Assembly (NCBI GenBank): GCA_013416795.1
Contig: RQSC01000028.1
Location: 845,759-877,161 of the forward strand
Direction of reading: 5' to 3'
DNA from: Prasinococcaceae sp. CCMP 1430
Taxonomy: Eukaryota; Plantae; Prasinodermophyta
Length of the DNA: 31,403 bases
Under the pieces are notes generated by a model. The model saw nothing but the letters and a program-made list of their open reading frames with translations, made no database searches and had not been told where the DNA came from. Within the stretch, counting starts at the first letter, position 1. Each line of letters starts with the position of its first letter. This document shows positions 10,111 through 19,770 of this stretch, one piece after another. A program made the translations under genes and the position numbers.

Positions 10111-11111
10111 GCGCCCCCGCCCCGCCCGGCGCTGGCCCCCAGGACGACGGCGAGGGCGTGGAGACCGAGGCCGACCGCCGGTTCATCGACCGGACGGACG
10201 AGCCCGACGACGACAGCGATGAGGAGGAGGACGACCTCGAGGACGCGCCGCAGGCCGAGGAGGCCGAGGAGGGCGAGGAGGATGACATCGACCAGGCCTT
10301 CAAGTCCAAGTCGACCCACAGGAGGGCAGCCGACCCGCAAATCCTGATGGCGCACGCCGAGAACCTGATCAACAAGATGAAGAGCGCCTACAACTCGGAC
10401 CTGGAGCAGCTCAACCTGAGGAAGGCGCAGAAGAACAAGCTGAAGATGCTGCCGGAGGTCGTGGAGGGCTTCCAGGACCGCGAGCTGAGCGAGTACCTCA
10501 TGGAGCTGGGCGGCATGGACGTGCTGCGCATGTGGCTCGAGCCCAGCCCCGGCAGCATGGTGCTCCCGAACTCGCGGATCAGGACGGAGATCTTCCGCGT
10601 GCTGCGCGACATAAACATCGAGGCCGAGCGCGAGGACGTCAAGGAGCGCCTGCGCAAGAGCAAGCTGGGCAAGCTCGTCATGTTCTACAGCAAGGTGCCC
10701 GACGAGCTCGTCGACAACCGGCGCATCTGCCAGCGCCTGATCAACACGTGGTCGGAGGCCATCTTCGGCAAGATGACCAAGCACACGGCCGCCGCCGAGG
10801 CCGAGGAGAGCGAGCGCGCCGCCGCGCGCGGCAGGCTGCGCGTCAAGTCGCTGGCGGAGCAGAAGGCGGCGATGGGCGGCGCCGACCAGAAGCGCATCCA
10901 CGCCTTCGTGCCTCAGGCCGCCCCCATGGACTTCGTGCACAGGCCCACCGGCGGCCTCAAGAAGGACCACATGCCCAAGTCTGAGCTCCACCGCGAGAAG
11001 ACCAAGAGGCTCCAGAAGAAGCTCGGAGAGATCACCGCCCGGCAGAAGAAGGGCGGCGGGCGCGCAGAGAACGTCAGCGTCGAGGGCCGCGGCCTCAATG
11101 TAAACTTGTAG
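10111..11111 (+). CDS. IWS1: IWS1/SPN1 transcription elongation factor (TFIIS N-terminal domain); 5' end missing
   Basis: EGVETEADRRFID acidic region, KLKMLPEV, LRMWLEPSPGSMVLPNSRIRTEI, KSKLGKLVMFY, LINTWSEAIF and C-terminal SVEGRG, all matching plant-type IWS1; TAG at 11109-11111. Confidence 0.92.
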
Positions 11112-11195
11112 GGGTGGAGCTTTTTTTTGGTGGCGTGCTGCGAGATCGAAGGTTTGGGCGGGGAGCTGAGGTTTACAGGGGCCCGCGTGCGCCGC

Positions 11196-11669
11196 TCAGT
11201 CGTCCTCCTTGACGACGCCGATGTCGACCTGCGCCGCGGACGCTCGCGTCAGCGCGGCGCGGACCGCCGCATCGGCGCCCGGACGAGCGCATGTGCGTTG
11301 TGGGTGCGCGTGGGTGCGCGCGGCACACGATCACACAGGAACAGACACGTGCGCGCGCGTGCACACAGACACGTGCGCGCGCGTGCACACAGACACGCAC
11401 ACACGCGCGCAGGCGCGCCCCCCCTCCTCACGCACACACACGCACCAGCTTCTTGTATGTGAGCGAGTTCTTGATGTTGGTCTGGTAGCCGAGCCACTTG
11501 ACGAACCCGGTGCGCTCCGGCGGTGGCTTGGGCAGCTTGGCCGTCGCCGCCTTCCAGCGCTCGGCGTCGCCCTCCCGCAGCGCGCGTAGGGCCTCGGAGC
11601 CGGTGATTACGGCCGCGCTGGCCCCAGCTGCGGGCGCCGCCTCCACCGCGCACTGGACTGCGTCGAACG
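11196..11669 (-). CDS. hypothetical protein, last two exons (11446-11669, 11196-11228); 5' exon not located
   Basis: GTGCGT donor at 11445 and GCTGAC...GCAG acceptor at 11229 join ...KWLGYQTNIKNSLTYKKL to VDIGVVKEDD*; TGTAA at 11173-11177 (minus). Confidence 0.55.
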
Positions 11670-12407
11670 CTGGCGTGGGTGCCGTGGTGATCGAAGTCAG
11701 CGCGCAGCGCGCCTTAGTGTGTGCGCAGATGTGGGCACGTGTGCGAGGGCGCGTGCGCGTGTGCGTGCATGTTTGTGCGTGCGCCGGGGCAGCAGCTTGC
11801 GCTGAGGGTCCGATCGGGCGACGAGAGCAGGCGACCGTGGGATGCTGGGGTCGGGTGGGGTGGGGTGGGGTGGGGGTGTCGCCGCCGGCGCCGCCTGGGC
11901 CGCTGCCGCTGCTGCGAGCGCGCGCGAATTTCCCCATCAAAATGAGAGCAGTCTAACCGAACCGCAAAGATTCCGTTTCGCTGTACAGTCCTGTAGTTAA
12001 GGTTACACATTAGGGTAACAATTCGGATAGAGGGTTCTTTCATGATCACATCGCACTCGCGCGCGCGGCGCCCCCGCAGGTCGAATCGCATGCGTCGCCG
12101 CACGGCGCTCCGGCCCGCGCTCCTCGATGGCGCTCGCGCTGACGTGGCGGGCGCGCGCGCGCTGCTNNNNNNNNNNNNNNNNNNNNNNNNNNNNNNNNNN
12201 NNNNNNNNNNNNNNNNNNNNNNNNNNNNNNNNNNNNNNNNNNNNNNNNNNNNNNNNNNNNNNNNNNNNNNNNNNNNNNNNNNNNNNNNNNNNNNNNNNNN
12301 NNNNNNNNNNNNNNNNNNNNNNNNNNNNNNNNNNNNNNNNNNNNNNNNNNNNNNNNNNNNNNNNNNNNNNNNNNNNNNNNNNNNNNNNGCGGGCGCGCGC
12401 GAGCGCG

Positions 12408-12539
12408 ATGGCGTCCGGCGGGGCGCCGCACATCGAGCTGCTCGGCGTCGCGTCGCTCGCCGAGCAGCTCGACCGCAAGCTGCTCGTGCAGACGCGAGAC
12501 GGTCGGACCGTCGTGGGGAGGCTGCGGTCGTTCGACCAG
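12408..12539 (+). CDS. LSM1: Sm-like protein LSM1, first exon only (rest lost at the gap 12660-12759)
   Basis: MASGGAPHIELLGVASLAEQLDRKLLVQTRDGRTVVGRLRSFDQ matches the Sm1 motif of LSM1 (SL.E.LD+KLLV..RDGR...G.LRSFDQ); followed by a GT donor at 12540. Confidence 0.85.
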
Positions 12540-13115
12540 GTGGGCCCGCGCGAGCTCCTCGCCGGCGCGCGCGCGCGCGCGCGCACACCGACACACCTCG
12601 CGTGGCTTTGCGCCCCGAGCGCCTCCGCGCGTGTGCGCGCTCGGCGCTCGGCGGGCGCGNNNNNNNNNNNNNNNNNNNNNNNNNNNNNNNNNNNNNNNNN
12701 NNNNNNNNNNNNNNNNNNNNNNNNNNNNNNNNNNNNNNNNNNNNNNNNNNNNNNNNNNNGCGCGGCTGCCGCCACCCCGTGCCTCGCCGCCACCGCCGCC
12801 GCCGCCATCTCCTGCGAGGGAGGACGGGAAAGGGGCCGCGCGCGCGCCCGCCGCCACGCCGCGCGCGTGTGGCGCTACCACGGGCACCGCTGCACCCCCC
12901 GCGCGCTCATGCTCGAGGTATCGGTTACGTATTTAGGGTGATGTCCCGCCTCACACAATTCAAAAACATATGAACATGCTCAGCCCTCGGCCGAAAATAT
13001 TGCCTTTTGATTAGGATTCAAAGACGGTAGGGTCTTTGAATGTTGCGGAAGGCGTACAACCACGAGGGCGCGCCACACAGCGCGCGCGGCGGTGGCGCGG
13101 CCAAGGTGGGCTAAG

Positions 13116-13331
13116 GGGGGGGGGGGAGGCACGGGGTCCTCGGGCCCGCTCGATCGGAAGGTAGGGAGGCTGGTGCGGTCGGTCACCGCGGAGCCTTCGA
13201 GGAGGGCTAGGAGGAGGCGAACAGCCGCGCGCGGGCGGGGCGCGCGCGTAGGGGTGCCATGGGCGCGCTGGCAGGGTCACTGGCGGGTTCGCAGCGTGCG
13301 CGGCGCATGACGCCGGTGGCGGCGGAGGGGG
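13116..13331 (+). repeat. 216-bp exact direct repeat, copy 1 (copy 2 at 17716-17931)
   Basis: Base-by-base identity from the poly-G run through ...GGCGGAGGGGG, at an offset of 4600 bp. Confidence 0.95.
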
Positions 13332-14090
13332 CGCTCGCGGTGGCCGCCGGGGGCGACGACTGCGACGCCGGCGCGTTCCGGCTGTACGAGGTCGGCGCGA
13401 AGACGGGGCTCGTGAGCGTGCGCGTCGCGCTCATCAGGATCGGGGGCAAGAAGCGAAGGGTGCGCGCGCGCGAGTCGCGCGTGCCGTCCGCCGCGCGGGG
13501 GCACGCCGTTGCGCTCGCGACTACTGCACGTGCAGACGCCCCCGCTGACGCCGCCGCTCCCGCGCGCACACGCGCGCGCGCGCGGCGTTGGCGCGCTCGC
13601 CGCATACCCATCCCCATTTCCACCCGCCCACCGCCCGCAGGGCGCGGGCGGCAAGCGCACGAAGGTGTTCTGGGTGTGCGAGACCGATCCGAGCGGCCGC
13701 GCGCAGACGCGCGTCGCTCGCTTCAACGCGCTCGGCACTGCGGACGAGTCGGGCACCGCGCGCGGCGCGCTCGTGCACACCGACGAGTACGGCCGCGCCA
13801 CGCGCGTGGCGCTCGCCTTCGGCGTCAGCGCGAGCGCGCTGCGGGGCGGCAGAGGGAGCGCGGCAAAGCCCATCAAGCCCGTCGCGGGGCTCGCGGGAGA
13901 GGCCGGCCGCGGCGCGAGCGTGCTCCTGCTCGTCCCGAGGGTCCCGCAGGAGAACCGCGAGCCGCCTCCCATCAGGCACAGCTCGAGCGCGCCAGCGTCG
14001 TTGCTCGCGGGCGGCCTGGCGGACGGTCCCCCCAGCCCGTACGCGAGCGCGAGCCCGAGCTGGTCGCACGGGCGCGCGCGCGGCGGCGGC
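13259..14090 (+). CDS. hypothetical protein fragment (intron 13460-13640) whose N-terminus lies in the duplicated 216-bp segment; 3' end unclear
   Basis: Phase-0 GTGCGC...CGCAG intron joins FRLYEVGAKTGLVSVRVALIRIGGKKRR to GAGGKRTKVFWVCETDPSGRAQTRVARFNALG; the frame degrades into (GC)/(CA) repeats after about 14090. Confidence 0.45.
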
Positions 14091-15142
14091 GACCCGCGCG
14101 AGCGCGCGCACGCGCGCGCACGCACATGCGCGGCCGAGCGCTGCGGCACCGCACGAGCGCATCGACGCACGGGCGGGCGATCCCAGGTGGCGTCGCACCG
14201 GTGTTGCACGACCCTCCCACCCCCTCCCCCCCCACACACACACCTACCGCCACCTATCCCTCTGGCACGCAAGGGCAGCCGGCGGCGGCGCCTGCGCGCG
14301 CAGTGGCCGCCCGGGCGCGCGTGCGCCCAAGCGCATGCAGCACTGGATTAGGGTTCATGTATCTCTTATATGTTGATATAAAATTTCCCTTGGTCGTTGC
14401 ACCTCACCTCAAACTGGATGTGTGTTCGAGCCACAGTTCGATGTGGACCCAAACCGCGATCGGCGCGTTCGGTGGAGCAGACGCGCCAAGCGCGGTCGGC
14501 GTGACGCGCGGGAGGGGTGGCGTGTCACACTGCGGGCGCAGCGAGGCGAGCCACGCCGCCCCAACACGTTCAAGGCGAGGGCGGAGGGCGATCCCATGTG
14601 ACGACCGAGGATGGGCAACATCGCCACGCTGCCTCACTCTTCGCCTCTCTCCGTTTTTGGGCCCCGCCCACCGACCCCATGACTCGCGCTGGCGCTGCCC
14701 GTGGGTCTACTCCGCCACTTTCTCGGCGAAGAAGGCGTGGCGGACGCATCCTTCGGCCGCGCCTGCAGTCTCGCGCAGGCATTTGACAGGCACTTTGAGG
14801 AGGCCTCCAATGTCAACGTGGCCCATGCGCCCGAGCCAGCCTCGCTTGAGCGACGGCCGGTCCAGCTTACCGAGGCGGCGCCGCCTGGAGAGTCATAGGG
14901 CAATCCGGGCTTGCAGGCCCAGATGGACGAGGCCGTGCCGCTGTGTGACGGGCGCAGGCGCGGGCGCGGGCTCGGGCGACAGGCGAAGATTCAGGACAAA
15001 ACCTTCACAATGGCATAGTACTGTGTGTGTGTAATGATGACAAATCTATGCAGCGCAGGATGGCCTCACTGTTGGCTGGGCACACGCGAGAGTTGGAGTC
15101 GCAGAGATAAGGTGCCGAGCGTGCCTCCATCCGTGCGGGCGC

Positions 15143-15650
15143 TTACGACACGAACTGCAGCGAGATGCCGATGAGCGTGGCGAAGGTCACCACGAACGCG
15201 ATGCCCACAACCTTGTCCGAGTCGCCCTGCGGCTCCATGTCAGCGACGTTCTCGCCACGCTCGGCGAACTGCTTCACGCCGCGCTCGCCACCGCACCAGC
15301 CACCGGCCGCGGCGCCCTCGTCCTTGCCGGGGTACAGCGACGCGCCACCCTTGTACAGCTTCTGGTCCGGGCCCCAGTAGCCCTGCAGACGCACGCGCGC
15401 AAGTTGGACGTCGTCAGCGCGTGCAACGCGGTGTTGTCATGCGGCGCAGGGCGAGATCGAGCGAGCGCGCGTCGCCTCGCGCAGGTGCGTAGCAAGCTGC
15501 GACCTGTGTGGCGCACGCGCGAGCGCGCCGGCGCCTTCACTGTGTGCGCACCAGCACGGCGCAGGCGCCGGGCGAGCGGCGGAAAAGGCGCAAGCGTGGT
15601 GGCTCGCGCACTCGCGCGGGCGGCCCGCGCGCTCCGCGCGGCGCTCTCCC
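15143..15650 (-). CDS. small single-pass membrane protein with a probable plastid transit peptide (exons ~15520-15650 and 15143-15382); start lost in the gap
   Basis: Arg/Ala-rich exon ...RRLRRAGAHTVKAPARSR, GTGCGC donor, CTGCAG acceptor, then GYWGPDQKLYKGGASLYP...AGGWCGGERGVKQF...VVGIAFVVTFATLIGISLQFVS* (one C-terminal TM). Confidence 0.6.
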
Positions 15651-16939
15651 CCGACTNNNNNNNNNNNNNNNNNNNNNNNNNNNNNNNNNNNNNNNNNNNN
15701 NNNNNNNNNNNNNNNNNNNNNNNNNNNNNNNNNNNNNNNNNNNNNNNNNNNNNNNNNNNNNNNNNNNNNNNNNNNNNNNNNNNNNNNNNNNNNNNNNNNN
15801 NNNNNNNNNNNNNNNNNNNNNNNNNNNNNNNNNNNNNNNNNNNNNNNNNNNNNNNNNNNNNNNNNNNNNNNNNNNNNNNNNNNNNNNNNNNNNNNNNNNN
15901 NNNNNNNNNNNNNNNNNNNNNNNNNNNNNNNNNNNNNNNNNNNNNNNNNNNNNNNNNNNNNNNNNNNNNNNNNNNNNNNNNNNNNNNNNNNNNNNNNNNN
16001 NNNNNNNNNNNNNNNNNNNNNNNNNNNNNNNNNNNNNNNNNNNNNNNNNNNNNNNNNNNNNNNNNNNNNNNNNNNNNNNNGCCCCGTTGGCGCGGCGCGC
16101 CGCCGGCGCCAAACGCGAAATCTGCGCGGCCCGGCGCGATCCGGGCCACACGCGCGCGGGGGGGCGCGCGCGGCGGAAAGAGGGTCTGAGAAAATACGAA
16201 TCAAAATGTAATTATATATATGTGGAAAAGGAAGAGAGGTTGGGGTGGGAGAGAATACCGTAAAGGCGGTGCGGTGCGGTGCGCGCCGCGCGCGAGCGCG
16301 CGAGCGCGGGCCGGAGCGGAAGTGCGCCGGGCACGAGGCCGGAACTCGGAAGAAGAAGCCGCCGTCGGCCGGCCGGTGCGGAGGACGGGTAGGCCACAGA
16401 CAGACGGACAGCGGCAGCAAGTGAGGCGCGTGCGTCGCGCGACACACGCCTCCGCCTCGTGGCTCGTGCCGCGCGTGGGCGTGCTCCCGTCCTCTACAAC
16501 AACCTTGGTATAGCCAAAATGCCCAACCCCGGGTACAGTAACCATCTGAAGGTACGATCGAAGGCTCGAAGCTCTTCTCGTTTCAAGTTGATTGGAAACT
16601 TGACGTGGGGGAGAGTTAGGGTAGACCCTGGTGTCGCGGGCGGCGGGCGGCCCGGCCCGACCGGGCGGCTCTCGCCGCAGGAGGCGGGCGTCGGAGGCGC
16701 GAGGAGGAGGGCGGCCGCGCTCGGCGAGGCGGGAAGCTCGGGCGGCGCCGCAATCGGACGGTGGGAAGCACGGGACGGCGAGCCTCGGGAAGAGCGTGCG
16801 AGCGCAGCGTCCTGCGCGCTCGCTGCGCAGCCGCGGCAGTACAGTCGAACTTACAAAAGCGCTGGCGTCGCCGCGCCGGCGCGCCTCCGCAGCGCCATCC
16901 CCTCCCTTGCCTCCCGTGCGAAGATGCGCTCACGGGTTG

Positions 16940-16990
16940 CTCGGCGCCGCGCCGCGGACTGATTCGTCCCTTTCGGCGGCGGCGCGTCAT
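16940..16990 (-). promoter_or_regulatory. eukaryotic SECIS element (type II-like) in the 3' UTR of the selenoprotein gene
   Basis: Minus strand reads AUGA-C-gcgccgccgc-cg-AAA-gggac-gaauca-gucc-gcggcgcggcgc-C-GA-G: UGA/GA quartet, about 10-bp GC helix II, unpaired AAA 13 nt after AUGA, and an apical ggac/gucc ministem. It lies between the TAG (17048) and TGTAA (16851-16855). Helix I is not clearly resolved. Confidence 0.8.
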
Positions 16991-17047
16991 GTGGGCCTCG
17001 GGAGGGGGGCGCGACGGCGGCGACGGACCCAGAAGCGCCGTGCGCTC

Positions 17048-17648
17048 CTACTTGCCCGCAGCAGCTACGGCGACGTCCTCCAGCGACGCGTGCGCGCCGG
17101 TGGCCTCATCGAAGTGCCGCAGGAGCTCTTCCTCGCCGCAGAAGACGAGCGTGCCGCCCTGCTGAAGACCCTGCGATTGGCGCGGCGGCAGCCACGGCTT
17201 CCACTTCGGCAGCACGTCCGCGAGGTCGGCGGCGCCGTCCGAGGTGAGGCGGTCGAGGATGGACAGCGGCGTCTCCGCGCGGAGGAAGGTGCGCTCGACG
17301 CCGCGGTAGAGCCCAAGCGCGTCGTACGCGGCGTTCTCCGGGTCGGCGTACAGGTTCTCCGCGGGAAAGCCCGTGTGTTCGCTGAACTCGACGGCGCGCT
17401 CCCGCGTGCCGATGGAGCAGAAAAGCAGCTTGACGCCGGCCTCGTCGAGGCGCGGCTTGAGGTCCCTCGCAAGCTGCTTGGCCTGCTCCTGGCAGAAGAA
17501 TCAGCCAAAGGAGCGGCCGAACACCAGCACGGCCGTCTCGTCGGCGCCCCACTCGGCGCGCAGCTCGCGGTGCTCGCCGCTCGCGGCGTGGTAGACGCGA
17601 ATGCCGGCGAGCGCGCCGTACGCGCCGCCGGCGGGCGCAGGCGCGGGC
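17048..17648 (-). CDS. SELENOU: selenoprotein U-like AhpC/TSA (PRXL2-type) thioredoxin-fold protein with in-frame UGA = Sec at 17501-17503; 5' end lost in the gap
   Basis: Own translation: ...ETAVLVFGRSFG*FFCQEQAKQL...GVKLLFCSIGTRERAVEFSEHTGFP...LYADPENAAYDALGL...QSQGLQQGGTLVF...HFDEATGAHA...*. The TGA sits exactly at the first Cys of the family's CxxC motif, and the frame continues about 150 codons in family-like sequence. Confidence 0.85.
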
Positions 17649-17715
17649 NNNNNNNNNNNNNNNNNNNNNNNNNNNNNNNNNNNNNNNNNNNNNNNNNNNN
17701 NNNNNNNNNNNNNNN

Positions 17716-17931
17716 GGGGGGGGGGGAGGCACGGGGTCCTCGGGCCCGCTCGATCGGAAGGTAGGGAGGCTGGTGCGGTCGGTCACCGCGGAGCCTTCGA
17801 GGAGGGCTAGGAGGAGGCGAACAGCCGCGCGCGGGCGGGGCGCGCGCGTAGGGGTGCCATGGGCGCGCTGGCAGGGTCACTGGCGGGTTCGCAGCGTGCG
17901 CGGCGCATGACGCCGGTGGCGGCGGAGGGGG
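17716..17931 (+). repeat. 216-bp exact direct repeat, copy 2
   Basis: Identical to 13116-13331; begins immediately after the N-run 17649-17715. Confidence 0.95.
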
Positions 17932-18455
17932 GGGCTGTGGCGAGGCCGCGCGCGCGGTCTCGCGCGGCGCGACACCGTGGCGCGCGCTGCGTGCGCTCGA
18001 GCGCCGCGGCCGCGCCGGGTGAGGGGGGAGGAGGCGCCGAGGACAGCGCCGGCAGCGGCGGCAAAGGCAGCGGGGAGCAGCAGCAGCGACGGAAGAAGAA
18101 GAACGCCTTCACGCACTTCGAGGTGGAGACGGCCGTGCCACCCACGAAGCGGCTCGGCCTCCACCCGTTTTTGCGCAACACGCAGTGCGGCGACAACATC
18201 ACCGTCGACGAGCGCGACTACATCGTGAACAAGGTGAGCAGGCGCCGCACAGGCCGCTGCGAGCGCCCGTCTGGCCGCCCACCGCGCTTCCTGCGGACGC
18301 CGCGTTTCCTGACGCTGCCTCCTGCGCCACAGGTGACGTACGTGTACAAGCTCACGCGCGGGAGGTACGTCAAGGACAATCGCAAGCTCTCCGTCACGCC
18401 AGTCGGGCGGCACGTGACCAACATGTTCCTCTCCTCGCTGTATGAGGACAGTTGA
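17859..18455 (+). CDS. conserved green-lineage plastid-type protein of unknown function (intron 18234-18332)
   Basis: Arg/Ser/Ala-rich N-terminus. An in-frame GTGAGC...CACAG intron gives DYIVNK|VTYVYKLTRGRYVKDNRKLSVTPVGRHVTNMFLSSLYEDS*, resembling a plant/algal family with Y.L..G.Y...L.V...GR...N.L..L..S; the family name was not verified. Confidence 0.7.
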   Translation: MGALAGSLAGSQRARRMTPVAAEGGAVARPRARSRAARHRGARCVRSSAAAAPGEGGGGAEDSAGSGGKGSGEQQQRRKKKNAFTHFEVETAVPPTKRLGLHPFLRNTQCGDNITVDERDYIVNKVSRRRTGRCERPSGRPPRFLRTPRFLTLPPAPQVTYVYKLTRGRYVKDNRKLSVTPVGRHVTNMFLSSLYEDS

Positions 18456-18508
18456 GAGATGCGCGAGATTACAGGGCGCGCGCGCGCGCGTGGCGCGCGC
18501 GACTGTGA

Positions 18509-19770
18509 TCACATGAATCGCCACAGCGCCTCGCGGTGTATGTGATCAGGCGCGCTGTGGAGCGTGTAGGCGTCCACGTAACTCACGACCTCCTGGCCGC
18601 GCCGGTATCGCGGGCGCAGGACGTGCTGCTCTGCGATGGGCGGCGGGCTGCGCGAGCGCGTGCGTCGCACCGCGCGAGCAGGGGCGGCAGCTGTCAGAGA
18701 GCCCCTAGCGTGCGGCAGCGCGCGGCATAGATAGGCGAGAGCGGTGGTGGCGTGCACGTGCAACCGCGCAACCGCGCGCGCGCGTCAATGCGCCTCACCT
18801 GCTGCCGTTCCCGTCCGCATCGAACCTCTCCCACTCGACGATCGCTCCCCGCGAGCGCCCGGGGTTGGGCGACAGCTCGTTCGAGAGCTTCACGACGTGC
18901 GTGAAGACTCCGGCGCCGTCGTAGGCATCTTCGATAGGAAAGCCGAGCAACACCGTTCGCTGGCGAAGTCCAGAATCTTGGTGCCAGCTGTGCGGCGCTT
19001 TCTTCCGCGCGAGCGCGATGGAGCTGATGTCTGATATCCGCGTCGCGGCAGCGCCGGGGTCAGCACGCCTGCGCACATCCGCGGTGTATGTTGCGCGCGC
19101 GCGCACGCCAGCGCGAGCATTCAAGCAGTCCGTTGGAGCACAGCCACGAACTCACCGATCAGCGTGCCAGACGTGACTTCACCGCCGCACATCGCGCCCA
19201 GTGTGTGCATGAAGTCCCCGCCGCTCACGCCAGCAATTCCGTGGCGCGCGAGCGCGGCGCCGAGGTGTTCGTACTCCTCGGCGGCAGCGTCCCATCGCAG
19301 CATGAGGCTCGAAGACAGCGCGCGCATGGCGGCCTCGGCGGCGGGCGACAGGGGCTCCGCAGATGTGCCTGCGAGCGCCAGTGGGCTCGCGCACGTCAGC
19401 GCACGTTGTGGCCAGCGATTTCCTCTGCGCGCTTGGCTCCGCCGCGCGCACCTTGCCGCTCCCTCTGCGCCGCCAGGTCCTCGCGTAGCGCTCGCCTGCA
19501 GTCGCGCCGCAGCGCTGCGCACGTATCCCACGCGTCGCCAAGACCCGCGCGTGGGAAGAGCTCGTCGAGAGAGTGATAGCGCACGTGGCCACTGTCGATC
19601 ACGTCCTGCGGCACGTCGGCGTCGTCGCGCGCGCGCGCGTAGGCCGCGGGGCTAAAGACCTCGACCGACTCATTCGGAGGCGGCATCGGCGGGACCTGCA
19701 CCTCCCCGCCGCCGCTGCCGCCGCCGCTGCCGCCGAAGACTCTCGTCCGATCGAAGTGCCGGGTACACTC
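18509..19770 (-). CDS. putative Fe(II)/2-oxoglutarate-type oxygenase, 5'-partial (exons 19452-19770, 19156-19368, 18799-19030, 18509-18647)
   Basis: Three GT-AG introns with CTGAC branch points join in consistent phase (1,1,2) into one frame containing WHQDSG...TVLLGFP...FTH...LHSAPD...LWRFM* (HxD...H facial-triad spacing); TGTAA at 18469-18473 (minus). Confidence 0.65.

Larger units (their letters stand above)
12167..17715. other. assembly gaps: N-runs at 12167-12388, 12660-12759, 15657-16080 and 17649-17715 (plus single Ns at 1793, 9250, 19793, 27676, 30978)
   Basis: Ns seen directly in the sequence; most fall next to extreme GC or poly-G tracts. Confidence 0.99.

Noticed and set aside
6528-11111. 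ELF1 and IWS1 (both Pol II elongation factors) within 4 kb, near LSM1
   Set aside because: Separated by unrelated genes and by an assembly join; no evidence for a functional cluster.
11845-11880. G-quadruplex-like G-run clusters (also about 23340-23370 and the poly-G at 13115 and 17716)
   Set aside because: Expected by chance at this GC content; no independent support.
14680-14898. Coding-looking frame LALALPVGLLRHFLGEEG...PPGES* followed by TGTAA at 15030
   Set aside because: No start codon or splice acceptor could be placed. The upstream in-frame TGA has no redox motif or SECIS, so neither a gene model nor Sec recoding is supported.
15143-15382. Assignment as PsbR, PsbX or PetM
   Set aside because: The signature motifs of those subunits are not present; left unnamed.
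16500-16530. TGGTATAGCCAA resembling a tRNA 5' end or a permuted tRNA half
   Set aside because: No D arm, anticodon arm or T-loop partner found nearby.
17501-17503. Pseudogene interpretation of the in-frame TGA
   Set aside because: The stop coincides with the catalytic Cys column, the downstream frame is intact, and a SECIS is present.
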